Source of the DNA: Cyanidioschyzon merolae
Taxonomy: Eukaryota
Direction: 5' to 3' (one strand)
DNA length: 64,000 bases
Assembly: GCA_000091205.1 (NCBI GenBank)
Contig: AP006492.2
Shown piece by piece: positions 1-10,181 of the stretch (position 1 is its first letter; each line of letters starts with the position of its first letter). The position numbers were made by a program, and so were the translations under genes. Below the pieces are notes generated by a model. The model was not told the DNA's origin, did not search any database, and saw only the letters and a list, made by a program, of their open reading frames with translations.

Positions 1-1432
1 AGTAACCAAAACGATACCGGAGTTGATCTCGAGCACTTCATGAAGCGCACCCCGTGGGCGTTGGGTCCCATCGCACAGGCCTAGGAAAACGGGGACGGAC
101 GAGAGACACGAAGACGAAGACGCCGCGCTGAGCGTGTGGATCCCCCGATGAAGCACACGGTAGCCGTCGCAGTACGTTTCAATCCACAGGTCAGATCCAA
201 CGACCTGAACGAAAAGCAGATGAAGCTGCATACGTTCTTCAGGGCTCCGTACGAGCGCGAGTCGGGCAGCTTGATCGCCAGCGCGCATGCGAACGACTGA
301 AACAGCGGCATCACGGCCAATCTCGACGCTCTGAATACCGCATCGAGCAGCTAATCACGCTTTGATCGCTTCACGCTGACACTTCGTGTACGTCCAAATG
401 GCTCATGTGGACGTCCTTCGGCAGGCCGACACGGAACCGCGTCCGAGTCGCCGAAGTTTTCGGCTTTATGGAGACCCGCAACGGACTTTCGCCAACCCGG
501 TCCATGAGTTGGAAAAAGCAAATCACCGAAAAGCCGTATGCACTGGTGGTAGCCTACGGCAATGCGCGTTCTGTGACGCCTGAAGACAGCGCTCGTTTCC
601 GCTCGACGAGCGCGTGCAACCAGTGCAGACATTGATGCCGCACGATTCCCATCAACGAATTCCGGGCTTCGACGTACGCACATCATGAGCACGGGTGCAC
701 GCTAGATCTGCCTGAGACACAGAGCATGGAACAGAGCCGAATACAATGGATGCTGTATTGTGAACTGAACAAGCGTCAAATGGCGCAGTACCTGGAAAAG
801 GAGACGCATCCTACGATGTGATTCCGCGAAGAGATGATGCGCGCAACCACGAGATGCACCGAAAGCTGAACGCCTCAATCAAGATCCGGAAGCATCTCGT
901 GGTTTCGGAGGATTCAGCGGTATTCTGTGGAGCGACACTTGTGAGCGCATCGTTTTGTATACAGTATATGCATTGTGTTGGCACGTCGAAGACTTGCAGG
1001 GAGAAAAATCAGCCGTCATCCGGGCTGGCATTGGACGCTTGCCTGGAGCAGCGCGCTTCTATAATGGGGTCCAGCAAGCAGGCAAGCATGAATCGCCATA
1101 TATACATTGGGAATGGTCTCCCTGCGTCATTGGTGAACGATAATCGTGTCACGCTATACGCTTTCGCGGAATATCTCGTGGTGCACACCCTGCTTCGCCA
1201 ACAGCTGGCTCCATCTCGCTGCTGACTCGTGCGACCTTCGCGCCACCCCAATGCGATCTCCAGCTGCACAAACACATACACATACACACACTGGAACACC
1301 CGTTCCACACAGGTGTGCTGTCCGCAGACGCCGGCTGTCCGACTGCTACCGATGTGCTCGTATTCACCACCGTTCGTGCGATCTGCAGCGGACGGGGCGC
1401 TATATCATCGGGCATCGTCGATGAAATGTAGT

Positions 1433-1454
1433 GGCGGGCGGAAAACCGCCCGCC
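1433..1454. other. perfect 9-bp stem / 4-nt loop hairpin (GGCGGGCGG-AAAA-CCGCCCGCC) abutting the stop codon and 3' boundary of Fanzor copy A1
   Basis: Read directly from the sequence. It sits at the edge where identity with copy A2 ends, and the equivalent position in copy A2 (about 22350-22370) is degraded. It is a candidate terminal structure of an omega-RNA or 3' UTR. Confidence 0.6.
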
Positions 1455-1919
1455 CTACACGAAATGTCTCCCACTGACGTGCAGACGCCTCCCAGTCTTT
1501 TTGGACCGGCCGCCTACTAAGGGTTTCAACTTTTTCTCATATAATTCCACCTTGAGAGGTTCTTCCGCGAAATTCTCTCTGGTCAACTCTGGAGGTCTTC
1601 TTTCTATCACCGCGCACCTCCTTATATTGATAGCGGCGTTAAAGTCTTGGTTCACAAACTTCATACGTTTCTTGCTATTGATTGTACTTCCGGATGCACC
1701 TAGTCCAGAAACTTTCGCTTTCCTTCCCATGTGCTCTTCTGTTAGCGCTCCGTACTTTTGTATATCTTCAGGGCTCCTCTGGCACTTTTTCATCCCCATC
1801 CTCTGAAGTGTACATCCCAACTCATCGTGTATAGGCGATTTCCGGAACTCATCGATCGGTATCGTAACGAAACGCCTGCGCACTCCTTGTATGTTCTTGT
1901 TGACGGCGCTGGTTGACAC
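1455..1919 (-). CDS. Fanzor/TnpB-like nuclease, C-terminal segment (RuvC-II, Zn-finger-like region, RuvC-III); frame-disconnected from upstream segment
   Basis: The ORF-track protein contains TIPIDEF (RuvC-II Glu), a Cys/His-containing spacer and VNQDFNAAINIRRCAV (RuvC-III Asp, a TnpB/Cas12 hallmark). The listed start codon is GTG. The frame is open upstream to about 1967 but differs from the 1985-3052 frame. Confidence 0.8.
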   Translation of the reverse strand: MSTSAVNKNIQGVRRRFVTIPIDEFRKSPIHDELGCTLQRMGMKKCQRSPEDIQKYGALTEEHMGRKAKVSGLGASGSTINSKKRMKFVNQDFNAAINIRRCAVIERRPPELTRENFAEEPLKVELYEKKLKPLVGGRSKKTGRRLHVSGRHFV

Positions 1920-1984
1920 GCTTTCTGGGTCATCCAGTGCCCTGATCCATACGCTACTAAAAGCCTCTTACTCTTATCTTCCTT

Positions 1985-3052
1985 TCAGGCGCTCAACTGA
2001 TTGAAGAAATCCGCGGTCGCCCGCTGCTTCCCACAGTATAGATTAACGCGCAGACGAGCCCACCGGGGCTTGGCGTACTCTTTCCACGGCGCTTCCCAGT
2101 CAGCAACACGGACTTTCGTGAATTTCAGAAAAGTTCGAAAGTCCGCTCCTCGGCTCGTCACCTCGCTCATAGCTTCCAGGTGCTCGTTCGCTCCTGCATT
2201 CCATGTCTCAACTTTCTTCCTTGCATTCTTTATGCCCGATTCTCGACAGTATCTTGCTCTCGAGAGCTTGAAAAGACGCATGTCTTTCTGACGCAAGTCA
2301 CCGTCACTGCCATCTTCTGCACGCTTCGGTGCTGCGACGGCTATATTCATCGTGTTTCCGGGGTCCACGCCGACGACAAAGTCACTCTCATGCACCTCCT
2401 GCGTCGCAGGATCCGCCTCTTTCTTTTCTTCGTGCTTCGTCAGGGGCGAAGCCGAAGGCACGATAGGACGATCCGCCTTCAACCGCCGACAGTGTGCACA
2501 CATGGACACTCCATCGGTTTCGATCGTGCCCGTGAATACCCTCTGCTTGCTCACTTTGCGACGTTTGAAATAGAAGATATTCTTCCAGTACGTCTCCCGG
2601 CTTTCACCGGTGAACTCCGTCTTCCTTCCATCGAACTGCGGACAGGTCTCCTCCATGACGCCGTAGAGGACTCTGGAGTCGATAATCACATAGTGCGACT
2701 TGATGCTGCACAGCGGAGCGACGTAGAAGCGCTTACCCAGAAGCGCGGCCTTCTGTCGCTCCGGCTCTTCATTTGCTTTCTGACTCGGCTCCATCTCCGC
2801 CTTGCGCTCGAGTTTTCGGTTCAGGAATCCGAAATAGCGCACAATGGGGCGATAACATCTTTCTTCATCTCTTTTCATATCTGGTACCTTTTCCGCTCGA
2901 TTCGCCAGCGCCAAGACTGCACGGTGCTCTTGAATAGCCGCACGGATTACAGAAGCTTCACTCAGGCACCGGCGTGACGTCTTCATGTCGACAAATTCGA
3001 TCTCCTGTACGTTCTGGCGATCGTTCGTGATGCCGTCGATGATGGCCCACAT
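1985..3052 (-). CDS. Fanzor/TnpB-like nuclease, central segment (WED/REC-like N-region and RuvC-I)
   Basis: 355-aa ORF with [19 protein letters not shown] (RuvC-I Asp) about 140 aa before its end, plus an upstream CxxC. It is 98% identical at the protein level to 22895-23962. Its frame is open upstream to about 3180 and overlaps the 2983-3252 ORF in the -1 frame. Confidence 0.75.
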   Translation of the reverse strand: MWAIIDGITNDRQNVQEIEFVDMKTSRRCLSEASVIRAAIQEHRAVLALANRAEKVPDMKRDEERCYRPIVRYFGFLNRKLERKAEMEPSQKANEEPERQKAALLGKRFYVAPLCSIKSHYVIIDSRVLYGVMEETCPQFDGRKTEFTGESRETYWKNIFYFKRRKVSKQRVFTGTIETDGVSMCAHCRRLKADRPIVPSASPLTKHEEKKEADPATQEVHESDFVVGVDPGNTMNIAVAAPKRAEDGSDGDLRQKDMRLFKLSRARYCRESGIKNARKKVETWNAGANEHLEAMSEVTSRGADFRTFLKFTKVRVADWEAPWKEYAKPRWARLRVNLYCGKQRATADFFNQLSA

Positions 3053-3252
3053 CGCGCGGCGAGAGAGGCCGGGGGGTCCAGCGCAAACATGGCGCGTATC
3101 ATGAAGCGTTCGAGGTTCACGATCATATCGTTCTTCAGGTGCGTGAGGTGCTTGACTGCCCCGCTGGTGTAAACACGCAAGTCACCCCTGTATCGAGTAA
3201 CGTTGAAGCGGTATTCAGCATCATTTTTCATGCCGGGCATCCACTCGCTCAT
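2983..3252 (-). CDS. putative N-terminal segment of the Fanzor/TnpB-like protein (out of frame with the central segment)
   Basis: 89-aa ORF starting [21 protein letters not shown], reminiscent of the TnpB N-terminal k-a-y-k-f-R-l-Y-P region. It overlaps the next frame across 2986-3180, which contains a C6/G6 homopolymer at about 3071-3076. Adding one nucleotide there would fuse the frames (..[19 protein letters not shown]..). Confidence 0.4.
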   Translation of the reverse strand: MSEWMPGMKNDAEYRFNVTRYRGDLRVYTSGAVKHLTHLKNDMIVNLERFMIRAMFALDPPASLAARCGPSSTASRTIARTYRRSNLST

Positions 3253-3929
3253 TTCGCCGCGACGTTTCCCCTATAGCAAGCATGAGGTGACGAGTAAAGG
3301 TCTTGTAGAAGGCACGTTCCGAAACCTCAGCTGTTTCCAAGTGCGTCACGTCGCGATACATCTCCCTCGTCATATGCATCGGTCCTCAAGAAGCCTTGCA
3401 AACACTCCCGGAGTTCGACTCGGCACGGTTTCTGATGGCATCTCGCAACTTTTCCCCGTGCGGAGCAGTAGTATGCTTAAGAAGACAGGCTCTCACCACC
3501 ATCTCGTCGTATCGCCGTCTTTCTTGCAGCCTTTATTGTCGGACCTCCCGCTTTTGCTCCTTCGTCCTCTCCTGTTCTTCTGAACTCGGCACCGTTTTTT
3601 GTTTTTTCTCTGCCGGCTGTCGACGCTGTGCCCCCTGGATCCTCCATTTCCTTTTCCATGACTTTCCTTTTTTACATGTTTGGAAATGAGACTTCTTTGA
3701 ACGCTTCTGCTACAAACCGCGAAAAATCACTTGAAAACAGTTACTTGAGGGTTAGTACACAACTGAGGTGAAGGACTGTACTCTGCTACGACTACAACGC
3801 AAATACGACCTGTACGGTAGAGTAACAAGAAAACGATTAGGAAAGATCGCGTTTCCCTTCAACGGCGAGATGCGCGTCGTATCTGCTGGCTACCAGGCAT
3901 GGAGGTGGGCGTATCGAGCGCATTATTTA

Positions 3930-4570
3930 GAACAAAGAACAGAGACTAACAACTTACTAGCAACGATATAACGATTTCTATCCCCATCTACGATGAACAT
4001 TAAAAGGGGAAAACTTTCCGTATCTTCGGAAGTTTAACTTATGGGTGGAGGGTCCCGCAAGCCGGACTAGTCGTCAAGGCTAGTGCTTCGTGCTCTCCCT
4101 CGTGGAAGGCGCCATGATGAGAGCTGCACAGGTCGTCCAAAACGCAGTTTTTTCTGGGACTCGGAGAATGTATGCTGCGTCTGGGCACCGCCCCAGGTAG
4201 TAGTGGGCTTCTAGTATATCGCTTCGCGCTCTCGCAGGCAGAAGGCCTGCCTGCCCAGTTTCCAGGCTCCCGGAATGATAATCAGCCCTGAATCCGGGTC
4301 AAATGTACCATTCTTCGAGACGACGCCTTCACTGGTATGGCAAATCCGTTCTGTCGCTGTGCAGCATGCGCTCCAGCGGTTTAGGCGCTACGACGTGTGC
4401 TCAGTGTAGACACTCGGCGCACGATAGAGCATATGAAACGACCAGTATATCCGCGAGTAAGCTTGAGAAATGGAACTTGAAGATAGGTGCAGCATGATGG
4501 ACGCTTTCGCGAATGCCATCATCCATCCACTCCGAAATCTCGGATTTGTGGTCAATGTACACGCGTACCA
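3930..4570. repeat. paralogous segment X1 (~650 bp), adjacent to the 5' side of Fanzor copy A1
   Basis: About 70-75% similar to 27000-27650 (for example ..aaaggggaaaactttccgtatcttcggaagttt..gcaagccggactagtc.. versus ..aaaggggaaagatttctgtagtttcgaaagttt..gcgagccggacgagtc..). Minus-strand ORFs 4401-4697 and 27414-27668 share ..FKFH..LL.D.LVV.Y..SCA... Confidence 0.5.
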
Positions 4571-5289
4571 TCGATAAAAAATCAGCGGCATCCTCCGCTG
4601 GACACCGGCGGGAGCTGCCACGTGGCAGCACAAACGTGCGATTGCAAAGCATCCGTGTACCCGTGTCGCCGTCCGCGGCAGCGCCTCGGAGCAGCAATCA
4701 CCGCCACGAGCACACGGCGGTGGCTGCACGTGTGCGTGCGCTTCTATAACGCCCGATAGAGCATTCGAATTCGGCGTTCTACCGTAGTGCGCAGCACCGA
4801 GCGCTAGACACGTTACGGAGCTTTCTTCACTTTTGTTTCATCATGGTTTGGGACTATAAGCTGCTCGACTCTGTATCCGTCAGTCCACTTGACTGCATCT
4901 ACCAGTTTTTCTGCCTTCCCTGTGCGTGGGGTGAGTTGTACGCGGTCGACCAAGGAGAGCGCTGTCTTCAGCCGCAGTGCCTCATAGGCACCCTCATCGC
5001 CTTCGTGCCGGTTTTAAACTGCTTTTGCTTTGCAAACCGGCGCGCTGAGCAGATGGAACGTATGGGAATGTACGTTGACTATCTTGAGGTATGCGCTGTT
5101 ATTTGTGGTTTTCCCAGCGCTTGCTGCTTTGTGCACCAGGAGCGACTGCAGTACAATGGAACAGGTGCAGAGCCGAAGCTCATTCTCATGGAGTAATTTC
5201 GGTTGACGACATATGACAGGATTTCTGGTCTGTATCTCCACGATCTAGGTAACTGAAGTTTATATCTGCTCTGCAGGATCTACTTGAAC

Positions 5290-6957
5290 TCAGCGACCTG
5301 GCCTTGGTGGTGGAGTCGTACTTTGGAACCTGAGGGCGCGATAATTCTCTATCTCAGCCAGAGGTCGAAAAGGCTTAGCTAGGAAGCGATCATGATCGCG
5401 TTTCTTATGAGGGAACGTAAATAAGTTTTCTGCCATCAGCGCGGCAAGCGTTACCAGCAGTCCAGCTACAAAAATTGCCAGAAAAACCAAGATCCAGAAA
5501 CGATTGTGGCGCGCGGTACCAGCGATAAGCGGTACAACCTCCTTTCCCAGCGCGATGATGAGCTCCAGCATAATCAGAACAATGATAATGACCTCCAGCC
5601 GGCTGCTATGCCTGAACTGGAGCTCGCTACTCAACAGGTTCAACAGTTCCCGGACAACGTCAACACGTTTGTTCAACATCTCAACTCGTTGCGGTAGTTC
5701 TAAATAGCGCTCAACGAGACGATACAGAGAATCGTATTCGGGATGGTTCCAGATAATGTCAGGCGGATCCAGAACATCCGCAAAGAGGTACAGAATGTGC
5801 CTGTCCATCACCAGACTCCCCAGCGTCATGGCGATATCCCGGCGACTCCGCGAGACAATTGCACCTGTGGCCGCCAGCTCCGCAGCCAGATCACGCGTCG
5901 CCTCGACGCTTCGCTGAACACTCTCTTCAAAGCTGGACAGCTTGATAGATTGTGCCATGCCATGCGATGCAGCAAGCTTCGCTAGAACTGAAGCATCCGG
6001 CATCATCAGAATGTCTGAGACGAAACGCGGTTGATCCCCGCTTATTTCGTATGCAAAGTCATCAGACTCGGGTTCGTCAAGGCCGTCGCGTTCACAAAAT
6101 GATCGAATGATGGTCAGTAGATGGCGCTCCTCTTCGGGATCGAGATGCCACATGACCACAACACCGTAGCGAAAGATGAAGACATCGCCGGGCTCTTCAG
6201 CGGCGTCGTCTTCACTGACCATAGCTGCCCGCCGGGGTCGAGCGTGAATCACCAACGAGTCGTCGACCAAACCAGCCTGATTATTGGACCAGACTCTCAT
6301 TCGTCGAAGAGCTCGCACCATGTCATACTCCTTGGCGGTGCAGTACGTTGTAATGCGATATCGCCTGGCGTGATCGGTGCCCTCGATATCCCTCTGTAGT
6401 CTGGCGGTGCGTGCACGGGCGCGCACTTTTCGGCGGAGCGTTGCGGCTGCAACCTCTGGGGGCGCCGCTGCAGCTGCTGCTAACAGCTCGGCCTCCTCGG
6501 CGTTCGCCTCAAAATCGTCACCTTCTTCGGGGTCGATCGCGGTCGACGAAGACTCGGTCGGGGGATTCGACCCCGTGATCTGCAGCTCGCGGCCTTTGTT
6601 CCCCAGCAATTCGCTGTTTTCACAGGAACGTAAAATCGTCGTGTTGCCTTTTTCAAAGCTGAACGGCTTGCGTCGTACTTCGGGGAGCCAGCGGCTGCTC
6701 TGCGTTCCGCTGATACGGCCGCCTGCCAGCACGTGCCTAACGTGCTCTGTTCTCAGCCTTGCTTGCTTTCTTGGAAGCGCGGGCGGAGACAGCAGCACGT
6801 GCCTCAGTTGCAAGGATTCACTGCGCAATATCCGTAACTGGGCGCCCGCACGAAACCGGTACCCCGCAAGGTCCGCGGTGTGCTGCGTACTGCAGCACCA
6901 CGCACCGCCGGCAAAAGCCAACCGTCCACCAAAGCCGGTCTTTTGCAATTCTCGCAT
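5290..6957 (-). CDS. DUF155 / RMD1-family (RMND1-like) protein with C-terminal transmembrane segment
   Basis: 555-aa ORF with a conserved-looking core (..YRITTYCTAKEYDMVRAL.., ..FIFRYGVVVMWHL..), a coiled-coil region and a hydrophobic C-terminus (..VIIIVLIMLELIIALG.., ..ILVFLAIFVAGLLV..), matching the Rmd1/RMND1 architecture. The N-terminus is Arg-rich and looks like a presequence. Confidence 0.55.
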   Translation of the reverse strand: MRELQKTGFGGRLAFAGGAWCCSTQHTADLAGYRFRAGAQLRILRSESLQLRHVLLSPPALPRKQARLRTEHVRHVLAGGRISGTQSSRWLPEVRRKPFSFEKGNTTILRSCENSELLGNKGRELQITGSNPPTESSSTAIDPEEGDDFEANAEEAELLAAAAAAPPEVAAATLRRKVRARARTARLQRDIEGTDHARRYRITTYCTAKEYDMVRALRRMRVWSNNQAGLVDDSLVIHARPRRAAMVSEDDAAEEPGDVFIFRYGVVVMWHLDPEEERHLLTIIRSFCERDGLDEPESDDFAYEISGDQPRFVSDILMMPDASVLAKLAASHGMAQSIKLSSFEESVQRSVEATRDLAAELAATGAIVSRSRRDIAMTLGSLVMDRHILYLFADVLDPPDIIWNHPEYDSLYRLVERYLELPQRVEMLNKRVDVVRELLNLLSSELQFRHSSRLEVIIIVLIMLELIIALGKEVVPLIAGTARHNRFWILVFLAIFVAGLLVTLAALMAENLFTFPHKKRDHDRFLAKPFRPLAEIENYRALRFQSTTPPPRPGR

Positions 6958-8190
6958 ATTTCAAATAGGATTGCTTCTTTTACGGTCTGTTATAGTCCAG
7001 ACATGAGGAATCGCGACGGAGTGCCTCGACAGCTCGTGACGGGTACACGCTGCCTCCAACAAGGCGAATGCCTTCGTTCTGGTGCCCCGGCCACTGGGCG
7101 ATGGTGGCGTTTGCGTGAGGGCTATCGTCTGCGGCCGTGGCACCGAGTCCGCCGCTTTTGGTAAAGCGCCTGACTCTATGAGTGTCACTTTTGCTCGTCT
7201 CAGTGCGAAGCTGGGACCCCAAAGCAATCGGACTGCAATCGTTAACGACTTTGTTCTGCTTTAGACCGGGGAGCGTCGCTTTACTGTACGCACCGGCATC
7301 CGAGAGAGCCCAGCGGACGCTGGGCGGCTACGTGGTCCACCGAGCCAGGTGCACCCGAAACCAGCAGAACGTGTTTCGCAACCTGACAAACACGCCGCAC
7401 TGCGCCCCCAGCTTTGTTCTGGGAGCAGTTTGCACGCCGTGGTTACGAAGCCCTCTAACGCTGGTGTCGAGCTAGGTGTGGCGTCGGTCACATCGCTTGC
7501 ACTGCCTCACCGTTCCAGTAGAGCGTGCTCCTTCGAGAAGTCTGCCAGCGGAGCGTACCCTCGAACACGCTTTGGAGTGATACGGCTGTGTTTGCCGCTG
7601 CCGCTGCGCTCATGACTCCGAATTATCTGTGCGCACGGCATGGAAAAGATGCAGATGACTGAGTGTCAGTAGGACGCGTAAATGTGTGTTGTGGCTTTTG
7701 GAACTGGGAGGAGTAGTGCGCACTGCTGAACGCTTCCCCGGATGGGGGCAGCAGTCGCGCAAGCATGTCTCCCTGATTAGTGCAAAGGATGCAGCAGTTC
7801 TTGGGAAAGTTGCGTACATCGCAAACACAAATGTAAGCGCAAGTTGCGTCGCCGTTGATGAGTGCAACCGCATCGGGCGCTGACCCGTCTCCTACTGACG
7901 TCGGCGAGGTTCCCGTTGGAGTTATAGATGGCCAGTGCGCAGTTCCCATGCTGGATTTGGCCTGCGAAATCCATGGGAATAACGACAAGCGCTTTACAAC
8001 CGGTGTCAGCGTAGAATCGAATGCTGAACTGCTGGCTCTGTCCGCGCCTCGCGATTATTTTCCGAAATATTTGAAGGTGTACAGCCTCTGCATTGGACAT
8101 GCAGCAATCAGGGCCCATGGATGCTGACGTGGATTAGGATTCGCGGTCATCGTTTCACAGCGGCTCCTTCAACACTTTGCTGCTGGAATT

Positions 8191-8362
8191 CGATACGCGG
8201 TACCGGAATCAAGATGATTACCGATATGGTCCAACAAGGGCGTCCCTGGAATCAACGATCCCGTTACTTAATGGATACGCGGTACCGGAATCAAGATGAT
8301 TATCGATATGGTCCAACAAGGGCGTCCCTGAAAGCATCGATCCCGTTACTTAATGGATACGC
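8191..8362. repeat. 82-bp tandem duplication (about 2.1 units)
   Basis: gatacgcggtaccggaatcaagatgatta[c/t]cgatatggtccaacaagggcgtccctg..cgatcccgttacttaatg is repeated head-to-tail with 3-4 mismatches. Confidence 0.85.
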
Positions 8363-10181
8363 ACAAGCCTGTACGCTTCTCCTCAACGTATGAGTACCAT
8401 GCTCGAATAAAGTATGCTTCAGGTTTTCGATTTCTCTCTCTGTGCGTGTGTGTGTGTGTCAAGGCAACTCGTGAGCGCACCTATTCCGTCCATTGGATTG
8501 CCGACGGGAAAGCGCCGCGACGTCGTCCCTGCACGACTTGCTTACGAGCGCCCGCCCGAAACTCACTACATGCTTCACGTCAATAACCGATTCCATTCGC
8601 AAGACAAATCATGCTTTCGTTCAAACCAACGATGAAACGTCATCCGATGCCAGCACCATCCCTCTTGCGGGATACGCTCCGCGACGCTCCCGACTCTTCT
8701 GCGTGCCCGGCAACGAGTTTCGCGCTCAAAGGGGCGTCATCGCCGCGGCCCCTTCCAGTGGAGCATGCGTCGCAACTTTACACGAAGGAGGCGTACACGG
8801 ACCGGAATTTACCAAGTGGTTCCCCCAGCCTGCATATCCCTCCCGGTACTTGTCTGTTCATGGAGAGCACCGGGCCCCAAAAAGCATCCACCGAGCTGGA
8901 CAGCGTGCGCTTGCGTACACAGCGGACAGCGAACTCGACGAGGTGATCGCCCAGAGCAAGCGCGTCCTCTTCGAACACGGCACCGGGCATGGAATCGGAG
9001 GCGGACCCTTAGGGAAGCCTACCTATAGCGCTCCATCGCATGTGCGGGGCGATGTGTCAGGCCTTGAGGCGCGGTACTCCAGCGCTCTTAGGCGCAAATG
9101 CAGTGTGTCGATGCGAAAACGTGGCCACAGCCAGTTGTCACCGATGCGAATGACGCTCTGTGGCGGTGTACAAACATAGATGAGCGCTGGAAGCGAAGCG
9201 TGGACTGCATCCACCGCCTGCGCATGACATGCGTGGACAACAGCCAGATGCATCGAACTCGAGACTTGAACGCTTATAGGAACGTCCGCCGATCTCCGGC
9301 AACCGAGGTCGACGGACCGGAGAGGCCGGTGTATCTAAAGCCGGCGCCTAGAGAGAAAGACGGCGAAAAAGCAGTCCCAACGCCAGTCGCGAACAGCTGG
9401 CGTTGATGACCCTGGGATGACACTCCTCCGTAGCTTTAGAGTACGCGCTCGTATTCGTGGACTTGTTTCATACTGCTCGGGCATGGATAAAGAGCGCCTA
9501 GCGATCTCATCGACTTCATCGATCCTGAATCAAAACGAAATGCACACGTTCGGCTGCTTCGATCAGCGAGAACGCGTCGTCGCATCACATGGTCGGGACA
9601 TCGCTGCGGCAAAGACCTGCACACGAAAGCGGAACGCCCCAAAGACATCTTCAGAAGCGAATGTCTGTTTTTACGCAGTATGCAACGATCACATGGCGTA
9701 GTGCCAAGCTCCTGGACTTCGTTTCGTACGTGATGAGCGCGTACACCCCAGGAAATCCCGTTTTAACCGCTTGTTTATCTGAACCTATGACCCAGAGTTA
9801 GAGCGAGCAACATGACTGTGCGTGAAAGACTGCAAAAATTTCCCAGATAAAGTACCAGGTTCATGATTGGATTCATTGCCCGCGGGATGATGACACACCC
9901 AGATTTGCCCGAGATCCAATCTCATAGAAAGCGCACTCGCGAGGAACAGGCTCCAGCTACCACCGCCGCAGCACCGCAACATCCAGCACATGACCAGCGC
10001 AAGCGTGTCGCTCGCACAGAGCGTTCGAGCTCGGTTTCACATCCCGAGCTGGCCTACTCGCAAATATGACGCAAGCCGTTCGTCGTGATGTCGTCGGGTG
10101 CTCGAGTCCCTGGGCATCGTGAGTGCTCCAGCATCGTCCAGTATGAATGGCTCGGTCAGCGTGGTCATCGGCGACGAAGCG

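Larger units (their letters stand above)
1425..3888 (-). mobile_element. Fanzor/TnpB-like (OMEGA-family RuvC nuclease) element, copy A1, ~2.46 kb
   Basis: Near-identical (~98-99% by eye) to 22345-24788. The minus strand encodes RuvC-I ([16 protein letters not shown]), RuvC-II (TIPIDEF) and RuvC-III (VNQDFNAAINIRR) in TnpB order. Identity to copy A2 drops sharply at about 1425 and 3888. No adjacent transposase-like (TnpA, Y1 or serine recombinase) ORF was recognised. Confidence 0.8.

Noticed and set aside
2180-2977. Long plus-strand ORFs (265 aa here; also 1501-1806, 2001-2291 and the equivalents at 23090-23887 and 22249-22716) as separate genes
   Set aside because: They are antisense to the Fanzor-like coding segments and have no domain signal. 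Their conservation between copies is explained by sense-strand and nucleotide-level conservation of the element.
3271-3496. Candidate GT-AG intron (GTGAGA donor, CTATAG acceptor) joining the 3477-3659 and 2983-3252 ORFs of the Fanzor-like gene
   Set aside because: The donor falls at codon phase 1 in the upstream frame while the acceptor is phase 0 in the downstream frame. Splicing there yields an immediate stop, so this specific intron model does not work.
8191-8362. Possible CRISPR array
   Set aside because: There are only about 2.1 copies of an 82-bp unit, directly adjacent with no spacers, and no cas genes are present. It is a simple tandem duplication.
8493-9179. 228-aa ORF as a host gene
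   Set aside because: The composition is low-complexity Ser/Arg/Pro/Ala-rich, it matches no known family, and many overlapping ORFs of similar length occur on both strands (a typical high-GC artefact).
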